Shown here in pieces: positions 8,053-16,600 of a DNA stretch of 50,319 nucleotides. The notes beneath the pieces are model-generated. The model was given only the letters and a program-made list of their open reading frames with translations, did not search any database and was not told where the DNA came from. A program made the translations under genes and the position numbers. This stretch comes from a virus. Lineage: Duplodnaviria; Caudoviricetes. The stretch is from positions 1 to 50,319 of the IMG/VR virus record IMGVR_UViG_3300046780_000444. The stretch is one strand, 5' to 3'. The stretch's first letter is position 1. Each line of letters begins with the position of its first letter.

Positions 8053-8221
8053 CAAGCCTGAACTACGCGAGCGGCTGACCAAGATACTCGCGTTGACCGA
8101 GCGCGCCCGCGATGAGCTTGCGCGGCCTCTGCTCTGGGGCGAGCCCCCGCCCTGGGTTCCGGAAGAACTCGATGAGGCGATCCTTGAGATGAAGCGCTTA
8201 TTCGATCTGGGCCGCGTGTGA
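8042..8221 (+). CDS. Hypothetical protein (59 aa)
   Basis: Manual ORF MSSNKPELRERLTKILALTERARDEL...; overlaps upstream stop and fills the operon. Confidence 0.5.
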   Translation: MSSNKPELRERLTKILALTERARDELARPLLWGEPPPWVPEELDEAILEMKRLFDLGRV

Positions 8222-8224
8222 AAA

Positions 8225-8383
8225 ATGGATTTCATACTCCCTAAGAACAAGAAATATCCCTTTTCTCTAGAACGGATGCCTCCGTGCATCTGCGCTTATT
8301 GGGACGGGGAACGGTGGCACCGATACCCCCGCTGTCCGCGATTTACTGATCGTTGTGATCGCCCATCATTGGAACGCGTCTGA
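8225..8383 (+). CDS. Small Cys-rich hypothetical protein (52 aa)
   Basis: Manual ORF MDFILPKNKKYPFSLERMPPCICAYWDGERWHRYPRCPRFTDRCDR; lower GC; coupled to next ORF by TGATG. Confidence 0.4.
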   Translation: MDFILPKNKKYPFSLERMPPCICAYWDGERWHRYPRCPRFTDRCDRPSLERV

Positions 8384-8562
8384 TGAGGCTGCACTTGTCG
8401 GTGACTAGCACACAAGAGTTCAACGTCGGTTCGTGGTGCGCGACAGCACCGGACTTCGTGATTACCACGCTGCAAGAGCAGCTTGATGCTGCATCGGCGG
8501 TGTGGCCGGAGCTGAAGGGCTACCGCATCAAGCCCCGCAGGAGCATGAAAGATGCCGATTAA
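8383..8562 (+). CDS. Hypothetical protein (59 aa)
   Basis: TGATG-coupled manual ORF MRLHLSVTSTQEFNVGSWCATAPDF... Confidence 0.45.
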   Translation: MRLHLSVTSTQEFNVGSWCATAPDFVITTLQEQLDAASAVWPELKGYRIKPRRSMKDAD

Positions 8563-8737
8563 TCCTCTGCTGCTTGAAGTCTCGAACGGCTGGCACCGGG
8601 AACATACCATGCGCAGGCCGTCCCCTTGGAGGACCATCCGGCCGCGGCCGTGGGGCCCGCTCGCATCGGTCCTCGCCTTCATGCTGCTGGCGTTCGCGAT
8701 CGCGATGTTTCTTTTGACCGTGGCGGGACTGTTCTGA
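8552..8737 (+). CDS. Small membrane protein
   Basis: C-terminal hydrophobic helix LASVLAFMLLAFAIAMFLLTVAGLF; coupled to next gene. Confidence 0.55.
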   Translation: MPINPLLLEVSNGWHREHTMRRPSPWRTIRPRPWGPLASVLAFMLLAFAIAMFLLTVAGLF

Positions 8738-9078
8738 TGCCCGCGGCGCAGGCCAGTTCGATCTGCGAGACAGCTGCGGCGCTTGTGAGCGGCGAGCGCG
8801 CCAAGCAATACGGCGACGCGCTCGTCTGCTTGCAGGCGATCGCCGAGCTGTGGAACGCGATCATCGTGGTGAAGTACCGCGCCATGCCGCTGGCGCCGTC
8901 GCTGACCGCGCTCGATGTCGCGAACATGCTTGAGGCCCTGAAGATCGCCCGCCGCTACGGCGGTATCCACAACCTGGATAACTACGTCGACGGCGCAGGA
9001 TACGCCGCGCTCGCCGGTGAGATCGCCGAGACGATGCACAAACCTATCCACAAGTCCACCAATGGAGTGACCCCATGA
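8737..9078 (+). CDS. DUF6378-family protein
   Basis: AALVSGERAKQYGD, IAELWNA, DVANMLEALKIAR, DNYVDGAGYAAL. Confidence 0.8.
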   Translation: MPAAQASSICETAAALVSGERAKQYGDALVCLQAIAELWNAIIVVKYRAMPLAPSLTALDVANMLEALKIARRYGGIHNLDNYVDGAGYAALAGEIAETMHKPIHKSTNGVTP

Positions 9079-9647
9079 CGAGCGTTCAAACCCCGGTCGG
9101 TATCCTCTCCTTCCCGAACCTGTTCACGCCGCGCCCGCGCGCGCCCGGCGGCGAGCCGGTCTATCAATGCTCGCTGCTATTCGACCAAGCCGCGCAAAAG
9201 GATCCCGCCTATCAGGCGCTGCGCAAGGCCGTGGCCGAGTGCATCGATCAGACCTGGGGCCCGGGCAAGAGCCAGGACCGGGCCTTCCTCGCCACCCTCA
9301 AGACGCCGTTCCGCGATACCGCGGAGAAGAAATACAAAGGCTACGAGATGCCCGGCGGCAAGTTCATCAGCCCGTGGACCAAGAAGCGCCCCGGCGTGAT
9401 CGACGCGCGCAAGAATGAGATCACCACGCCCGAGGACGTATGGCCGGGACAAGGCGTGCGCGCGATGGTGTCGGTCTTCTCGTACACGACGCCGCGGCTG
9501 GGCGTGAGCTTCGGGCTCGACAGCATCCAGGTGTGCCGCGTCGACGGCGAGCGGCTTGATGGCCGCGTCGACGCCAAGGACGCGTTCAGCGAGTACACGG
9601 GACCAGGCGCGGCGGCGGTGATGGCCGACGAAGACGTGCCTTTTTGA
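9075..9647 (+). CDS. Single-stranded DNA-binding protein (DUF2815 / T7 gp2.5-like)
   Basis: LSFPNLFTPR, YQCSLLF, PFRD, GVSFGLDSIQV..DGERL, acidic tail ending DEDVPF. Confidence 0.85.
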   Translation: MTSVQTPVGILSFPNLFTPRPRAPGGEPVYQCSLLFDQAAQKDPAYQALRKAVAECIDQTWGPGKSQDRAFLATLKTPFRDTAEKKYKGYEMPGGKFISPWTKKRPGVIDARKNEITTPEDVWPGQGVRAMVSVFSYTTPRLGVSFGLDSIQVCRVDGERLDGRVDAKDAFSEYTGPGAAAVMADEDVPF

Positions 9648-9687
9648 GCCGATAAAGTGGCTGCGACACATAACCAGGAGAGCACTT

Positions 9688-10299
9688 ATGGAAATGGAAA
9701 CGCCTTACATTCGCTGCTGGGCACGAAGCCAGAGCGGGCTGCGCGTATATTTCGCGTCGACATCGCTTGTCGGCCAGCGCTTTCGCTTCGCGCTTGAAGG
9801 CAACAACTTGCTGCTCGATCAAGTGCCCGAGGACGACAGGACCGGCAATCTGGTGCGGGAAAGCACGTCGGTTAATACCAGCGAGTGGCGGACGTATGCG
9901 CTGTGCGGCGCGAGGATGCTGCAGCCGGTCAAGATCATGCCGGAAGGCGGTCAGGGACGGTTGGCTTACGTCATTCCGGATATTCCGGACCTTCACATGC
10001 GCACGCGCAGCGAGGCTTTACGTGAGATGCCCATGTCACCACAACGCCTCGTGGGGCCGTCGGGATCACGACATGCGCCGCCGCTGTACGTGCCCGCGTC
10101 CTCGCCTCCCGTGGTGCCTTCGCCTGAGAGCTTAGGGCTGGTCGGCAAGAACGGCTCTGGTCAGCTCGCCAGCATGCACGACTATATGTGCAACGTCATC
10201 ACGGCTATCGATAAGATGGAGGGGACCAGCCCTTATCGTCTGGTCAAGGGCGGGAACGGCTGGGCTTGGCGCGCTCCCGATATCCGGCCCAAGGAATGA
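9688..10299 (+). CDS. Hypothetical protein
   Basis: SD AGGAG; 203-aa ORF in operon orientation. Confidence 0.65.
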   Translation: MEMETPYIRCWARSQSGLRVYFASTSLVGQRFRFALEGNNLLLDQVPEDDRTGNLVRESTSVNTSEWRTYALCGARMLQPVKIMPEGGQGRLAYVIPDIPDLHMRTRSEALREMPMSPQRLVGPSGSRHAPPLYVPASSPPVVPSPESLGLVGKNGSGQLASMHDYMCNVITAIDKMEGTSPYRLVKGGNGWAWRAPDIRPKE

Positions 10300-10308
10300 C
10301 GAGCCAAA

Positions 10309-10674
10309 ATGGTCTCGGTGTTTGACCCGGTTGCCGCGAAAGCCGCGCGTGATGATGCGATGTATCGTGTCGATCGCGCGGCGTCCGCTGCATGGAAAGC
10401 TTATGTCACCGAGCTGATTGTCGAGATCGCCAGGACCATGACCGAGTTCACGACGGACGATGTCGAGATGCTGCGTCTTCGTCGTCGCGGGCCTTCAACG
10501 CACGAGCCGCGCGCGTTGGGCCCGTTGATGCGCGCCGCGGCAAGAGCAGGGGTCTGCGCGCCCACCGGCATTGTTCGCGCGTCCGTTCAGGTCAGCAATC
10601 ATAACAGGCCCATGCAAGTCTGGCGCAGCCTGATCTATCGCAAGCCGAGTACGCCCGACGATTATCCCTTCTGA
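10309..10674 (+). CDS. Hypothetical phage protein
   Basis: FTTDDV...HEPRALGPLMRAAARAG...HNRPMQVWRS; TGATG-coupled to the polymerase. Confidence 0.7.
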   Translation: MVSVFDPVAAKAARDDAMYRVDRAASAAWKAYVTELIVEIARTMTEFTTDDVEMLRLRRRGPSTHEPRALGPLMRAAARAGVCAPTGIVRASVQVSNHNRPMQVWRSLIYRKPSTPDDYPF

Positions 10675-12581
10675 TGCGGCTGGTCCTCGATCTTGAGACC
10701 ACGTCGACCGCGGATCTGCGCAAGACCGGCAGCCACGCTTATGCCGAGCATCCCGACACCAGGATCACGGTGCTTTGCTTCGCGATCGATGACGGCTTCG
10801 TCGAGACCTGGCTCTCGGGACCGCCGCCGCTGAAGTTTCTCTTGGCGTTGTCGGCAGACGCAACGATCGTCGCGCATAACTACCTTTTCGAGTTCAACCT
10901 TTATCACGCGAAGCTGGTCCCGCAGGGCTGGCCCGCGATCCCCTTGTCCCGCTGGTCCTGCACGATGGCCCGGGCGATGGTCGCGGGCTGGCCCGCCTCG
11001 TTGGAGCTGGCAGGCCGCGCGCTGGGGCTCAGCCATCAGAAGGATCCCACCGCGCGGGACCTGATGCTGCGCTTTGCCCGGCCGCGCAGCCACAGCCCGC
11101 TAACGTGGTGGCACGAGACCGATCCCGTGCGCTTCAAGGCGCTGCAGGATTACTGCGCGCAAGACGTCGAGACCGAGCGCGCCCTCGATCGCCGCGTCCC
11201 GGAGCTATCGCCGCGCGAGCGGGCGGTATTCGAGCTGGATCACCAGATTAATCAGCGCGGCCTGGGCATCGATCACGCGCTCGTCAACCAGCTGGCGGCG
11301 TTGACCGCTATCGCGCAGCATGATCTGACCCGTGAGATCATCCGGCTGACCAGCGGGCAAGTATGCTCGCTGAACCAGGTCGAGAAGCTGCGCCACTGGC
11401 TCAAATTCCAGGGCGTCGACATCCTGGATTTGCGCCGCGGCACGGTGCAGAAGCTGCTCGCCAATCAAGCCCTCGTGGGAGCGCCGCGCAAGGCGCTGCA
11501 GGCGCGTCTCGATGCGTCCCGCTCGTCGACCGCCAAGCTCGCCGCGATCACCGGCGCGCGGTCTCTGGACGGCCGGTTGCGCGGGACGTTCCAGTATTAC
11601 GGCGCGCAAAGGACCGGCCGCTGGGCCGGGCGTCGGCTGCAGCCGCAGAATTTGTTTAGGGGGTCGATCAAGGACGTGAACGGCGCGCTTGCCGTGATCG
11701 AGGCCGGGGCTGGTCCCGGGGACCTGGATCTCATGTTCGAGGATAGCGCTTTGGGCGTCGTCGCGAGCTGCTTGCGCTCGACCATCATTGCCCGGGCAGG
11801 CTGCATGCTGCCGATCGCGGATTTCTCGCAGATCGAGGCGCGGGTCCTGGCGTGGCTGGCGGGGCAGCGCGATGCGCTCGATGTCTTTGCCCGCGGCGAG
11901 GATATCTACACGGCGACCGCCAAGGCCGTCGGCTCATCCAGCCGCCAGCTCGGCAAGGTGCTGGTCCTGGCCTGCGGCTTCGGCATGGGACCGGACCGCT
12001 TCATGCAGACCGCGCTGAGCTATGGCATCGTCCTCGATGTGGTTGAGGCCATCAACGCCGTGATGGCGTGGCGCGAGGTCAACGATCATATCGTGACGTT
12101 CTGGTGGGAAGCGCATCGGGCCTTGATGCGTGTGATGCGGGCAGGCCCGGGCGCGCAAGAACGGGTCGGTTTTTGTGCCATTATTCACCGGCAGGGCATG
12201 ATCCTGGTCCGGCTCCCCAGCGGGCGGCACCTGATCTATCGGCACCCGCGGATCGAGACCAACGATCAGGGCTTTGCCGAGTTCACTTATCTCGGCAGCT
12301 TGGGCGGCGGCTGGACCCGGCTGCGGGCATGGCCCGGCAAGCTCGCCGAAAATATCACCCAGGCTGTGGCGCGCGATGTCATGGTCGAAGCGATGCTGCG
12401 TCTGGCCGGCGTGCCGCTCATCGCCACGATCCACGATGAGCTGATCGCTGAGGTTCCCGCGGCCGCCGCCGATGCGACCCTCGATCGCATGCTGGGAGCG
12501 ATGCGCGCGCCCCCGCCTTGGGCGCTGGGCCTGCCGGTCAACGCCGCGGGCTTCATCGTTCGGCGCTATCAGAAAGGGTAA
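10674..12581 (+). CDS. Family A DNA polymerase (3'-5' exonuclease + polymerase)
   Basis: VLDLETTS, AHNYLFE, YCAQDV; TGRWAG, motif A DFSQIEARVLAWL, motif B RQLGKVLVLACGFG, motif C TIHDEL. Confidence 0.95.
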   Translation: MRLVLDLETTSTADLRKTGSHAYAEHPDTRITVLCFAIDDGFVETWLSGPPPLKFLLALSADATIVAHNYLFEFNLYHAKLVPQGWPAIPLSRWSCTMARAMVAGWPASLELAGRALGLSHQKDPTARDLMLRFARPRSHSPLTWWHETDPVRFKALQDYCAQDVETERALDRRVPELSPRERAVFELDHQINQRGLGIDHALVNQLAALTAIAQHDLTREIIRLTSGQVCSLNQVEKLRHWLKFQGVDILDLRRGTVQKLLANQALVGAPRKALQARLDASRSSTAKLAAITGARSLDGRLRGTFQYYGAQRTGRWAGRRLQPQNLFRGSIKDVNGALAVIEAGAGPGDLDLMFEDSALGVVASCLRSTIIARAGCMLPIADFSQIEARVLAWLAGQRDALDVFARGEDIYTATAKAVGSSSRQLGKVLVLACGFGMGPDRFMQTALSYGIVLDVVEAINAVMAWREVNDHIVTFWWEAHRALMRVMRAGPGAQERVGFCAIIHRQGMILVRLPSGRHLIYRHPRIETNDQGFAEFTYLGSLGGGWTRLRAWPGKLAENITQAVARDVMVEAMLRLAGVPLIATIHDELIAEVPAAAADATLDRMLGAMRAPPPWALGLPVNAAGFIVRRYQKG

Positions 12582-12586
12582 CGGTC

Positions 12587-13099
12587 ATGCTGGCGGCGCA
12601 TCGTTTCGACAACGCCAAAAGGCGGCGGCCGGACGCTCACGCGCGTCAAGCCATGCTGACACCCGATTACGTTTTGGAGCCGGTTAGAACGCTACTCGAC
12701 GGCATAGGGCTTGACCCGTGTACCGAGCCGGACAACCCGTGCCACGCGGATCGGTTTTACTGCCTTCCTCAAGATGGCGCAGCGCTGCCGTGGGATGCGC
12801 TTACGGTGTTCTGCAATCCGCCTTACGGAGAAGCGCGCAACCGCTGGGTCGAGCGCTGCATCGTGGAGGGCGCGCGACGTAAAGTCGTCTTGCTCATGCC
12901 TGCGCACACCGAGACTAAAATATTTCAACGAGGGATGGGCGCTTGCTGCGATCTGGTTTTCGTAAACGCTCGGCTCCGGTTCGGGGTGTTACGCGAAAAT
13001 CGGAGGCAAGAGGCGGCGAGCCACGGCTCTGCTATTTTCGGCTTTGGCGTGAGCGTTGAGCTGATTGGATTTCTAGGAACACTGGTGCGAAGGGCTTGA
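12587..13099 (+). CDS. Phage DNA N6-adenine methyltransferase (Dam-like)
   Basis: LTP..V, LDPC, DG..LPW, VFCNPPY, VVLLMPAHTET. Confidence 0.85.
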   Translation: MLAAHRFDNAKRRRPDAHARQAMLTPDYVLEPVRTLLDGIGLDPCTEPDNPCHADRFYCLPQDGAALPWDALTVFCNPPYGEARNRWVERCIVEGARRKVVLLMPAHTETKIFQRGMGACCDLVFVNARLRFGVLRENRRQEAASHGSAIFGFGVSVELIGFLGTLVRRA

Positions 13100-13142
13100 G
13101 TTGTGCGGGGCTTTGTCTTCCGGGACAAAGCTGAACAAGCCC
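13092..13142 (+). terminator. Stem-loop at end of replication operon
   Basis: GGGCTTG...GCTTTGTC-TTCCGG-GACAAAGC...CAAGCCC nested inverted repeat. Confidence 0.4.
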
Positions 13143-13169
13143 GGCTTTCAAGGGGCCTGAGCGCGAGAC

Positions 13170-13680
13170 CTTTCCCTTATCGAATAAAAAGCCCTGTGGC
13201 GCAGCTATAACCGCCATTTGAACACCCGTTTGCACAGCGATTTGCACACTGGTTTTTCGCGGGCGACAACGCTGCTTTTTCCACCTTTCCCCCTTCGTGG
13301 GAATAGTCTCCCTTATCGAAAAAAGCGGCATTCACGCAAGACAAAGTGTAAAACTGTGCGAGTTGCACACCGATCTGCGCAACAACGGCCTACAATGTCT
13401 CGCTAAAAACAGGATAAAATGAGCTAAGCTATTGAGATTGCTTGTGTCTCTTGTTGTTTGTCGTGTCCCTAGCCATGGGAAAGGTCAACATTACAATCCT
13501 TCCAAATATCGCTGCTATAACAAAGGCTTAGCGTTTTGTTGGTGTCTTGCAAGGTGTTCGATTTGAACACTCCGCAACAAATGTCGCAAGACACGACGAG
13601 ACAGCACTGATTTCATTGGGTTTTTTGACATCAGTATTTGTGCCGGTGTTGTGTGCGAAAGACACGGGGGAGTTCTCAAC
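13170..13680. other. Non-coding AT-rich region, candidate attP
   Basis: Lies between convergent operons; TTTG(C/A)ACA repeats at 12-bp spacing; IHF-like sites; direct repeat TCCCTTATCGAA x2. Confidence 0.45.
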
Positions 13681-13682
13681 CT

Positions 13683-16600
13683 CTAGTGGTGCTGCGGATG
13701 CTCCGGCGCGGGCTGGTCGACGAAGGGCGCGCGGGCTTGCGCCGCCTTGTGGACACCATAGCCGAGCCCGGCGGCGACGCCGAGCGCTTTGACCGGCCAG
13801 GGCAAGCCCGACGCGTAACGCGCGACCGGCGCCGCGCCATAGCGCGCGGCCGGGACGGCGATGTCGTCGGCGATGCCCCAGCCAAAGCCAGCGCCGCCGG
13901 GGCCGACGCCGGGACCGCTGCCGTCGCGGCCGCCGGAGCCGGTATCGGCGTTCTCTTTCGCCATCTCGTCGAGCGATTTGAGCCCCGCGGTCTTGCGCTC
14001 GTCGTCGAGCGATTTGAGCCCGCCCTCGCCGGTATCGGGGGGCGCTGCCTTGGTCCCTTTGGGGCCGCCCGCCAGGTACGTAGCCGCGACGTTCGCGGCG
14101 TGCGGCGAGGTCCCGAGCTGCAGCGCTGCCCCGGCGGCGACGCGCGTGATGGGGCCGCCGACGGTGCCGAGCGCGGTCAGCCCATAAGCGGCGAGCGGCA
14201 CGCCGATCAGGTTGAAGGCGCCGCGCCACGCATTGTAGAGCCGCGTATTGGTGTCGGTCTCGGGACCAATGAAGCCCTGCACGATGGCATTCATGTTCGA
14301 CAGCGCCCAGGTCAACGAAGGACCGTTGATCAGCGAGGCGATATCGGCGTTGTAGCGAAGATGGGTAGCGACCTGGACCAGCGGATCGAGGGGCCCGTTG
14401 AGACCCGAACGCCCAAACCCAAGGTTGAGCAGATAGCTGGGAAGATCGCCGTCTTCGAGATGCTGCTTGACCTGGTCCGGGGCAAAGAGCAGCTGCCGCA
14501 CGGTCGACGCCATGACGTTCGCGCCGACGATGGCCCCCACCGCCATCCCGGTGTGGATGCTGGTCCCGGCGGCGCCGAACGCGCCGCGGCCCAGCGCGCC
14601 GATCGTGCCGCGGCCGGCGTCGAGCGCCTCTTGCTGCGAGCGCCCGAAATCGTGCTTGATGCGCTCCATCGTCGGCATCAGCACGTTGCGGTTGAACTGG
14701 TAATTAAACGACATCAGCTGGAACATGAGGCCGATGATCGGTCTCGACGCGCCGATCGCGCGGTCGACCTTGTAAGGATCCTGGATCGAGCGGTCGACCA
14801 GCCGCCGGATCGCCAGCCCATAGGTGCTGCGCATCGGATCGTTCTCGATGGCGCGCGCATTGGGAGCGGTGTCGTGCTGCAGGAGCCAGTCGGCAAACTC
14901 GGGATGGCCGCCGCCCGCGACGCCCAGCTCGTTGAACCAGCGCGCCGCGTCCTCGCGCGCGTGCTTGGCATGGGTGCTGATCTCGGTGCTGGTGTAGTCC
15001 CGCGCCAGCTTGGTCAGGAACCAGTGATTGGCCCCCATGCTCGCGACGCGCTGCGCGTTGGTCAGCCAGGTCAGGCCCGAGACCCGATAGTATTTCGTCA
15101 TGAAGCGCTGGATGTTGGGGCTGTCGCTGTAATCGGCGCCCATGCGCGACAGCATCACGCTGTCATGCATCGGCGTCGTGATCACGTTGAGGAATTGCGC
15201 CAGCTCGGTGCGCTCGCGCGCCGATGCGCTTCTCGTCAGCGCCTCCATCTGAAGGGCGAAAGACTTGAAGCCGGTGCGCATGTCGCCGGTGGCGAGCGCC
15301 GCATTCATCGGCTCGGCCCATGACGCCCACATCGCGCGCGGCATCAGCGCGATCGAGCCGAGCGCGTGCGCGATCTGGTGCAGCGATTGCAGCTGGCTGC
15401 TGCCGCGCTCCTGATTGCGCCCCATGACGTTGTTCGCCATCTCGCGAAAGAGATTGGCGTCGGCATCGCTCACGCCCTCGGCTTTCGCCATTCTGAGCTG
15501 CTGTTCGAGCAGCTTGCCGTCGGCGCCGAACAGATTGGCTTGCGCGACGCGGCGCGCGACGCCGTCGAAATAATGCGGCAGCGCCACGGCGGGGTCGGTC
15601 CACATCCAGTCGCGCATGATGCGATCGGCTTCCGGCGGGAGAACGCGCGCGTTGAGGAAGCGACCGGAAGGGCCGCTCTTGTCGAAGCTGGTCGGCTCGC
15701 CCGACGTCATCCGGTTGCGCCAGTCATCGGCGTTCAGCTCGGCAAGATGCTCGCTCAGCTTGGGATGCAGCGTTGTCGCGAGATCGGTGGCATCGCGCTG
15801 CAGCTGCTTTAGCTCGGCCTGCTCGACGGGTGTCCTGGGACCACCGGCAGCCTCGATCTCGCGTTGACGCGCGAGGTTCCTGCCGAGCGCGGCGAAGGGG
15901 GCGCGCAGCTGAGCACCGCCCGTCAGGCGCTTGTCCTCGGCCTTGACGCCGTTGCTCCACTTCTCGAACAGCGCTTCGGGATTGCTGCCCGCTGGTCCCA
16001 GCTCCTGGTCGAACATGAGCTGGTGTAGTTCCTTGGCCGATGCGTGAAACCCATTGCCGTCGGCCATGATCTTCGCGAGGTCGTAGACCCGCGGGAAATA
16101 GCCGCTTTTGGCGAAGCCGATATCGAGCCCGGCCTTGCGCGACATCGCCCAGGCTTCGTTGAGCAGGTCGCGCATGTTGCCCGCGGCGGCGAGGATATTG
16201 CCCGGGATCGGCTTGGTCCCGGCGGCCGGGTTGTTGGGATCGATCGGAAAGTCCGGCGTGCCGACGGTCAGCACATGATGCAGCATCTGGCTTTCCTCGA
16301 TGCTCATCTTGCCGGGGACGAGACCGCTCGCTTGCATGATGTTGCCCATGCGGCGCGTGAACTCGCGCCCGACATTGCGGACCCGTTCCTCGAAATTCTC
16401 GACGGTGTAGCGGCCCTCGCCGGGTGCTGAGGCCAGGCTATCGAGGATGCTCTGCAGGTAGGCTCTGGCCTTCTCGGGCGAGCGCTCGATGATCGCCTTC
16501 ATGAAGCCGTGCGATGAGCCCATATGCGCGCGGAACACCTTGTCCTGGATGCGGGTGACGAGGCTCTGGGGGTTCTTCGGCCGGGTCTTGTCCCGCGGGT

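Noticed and set aside
13100-13682. tRNA gene or tRNA fragment in the non-coding region
   Set aside because: No cloverleaf or convincing T-arm/CCA end seen by eye; tRNAscan-SE would settle it
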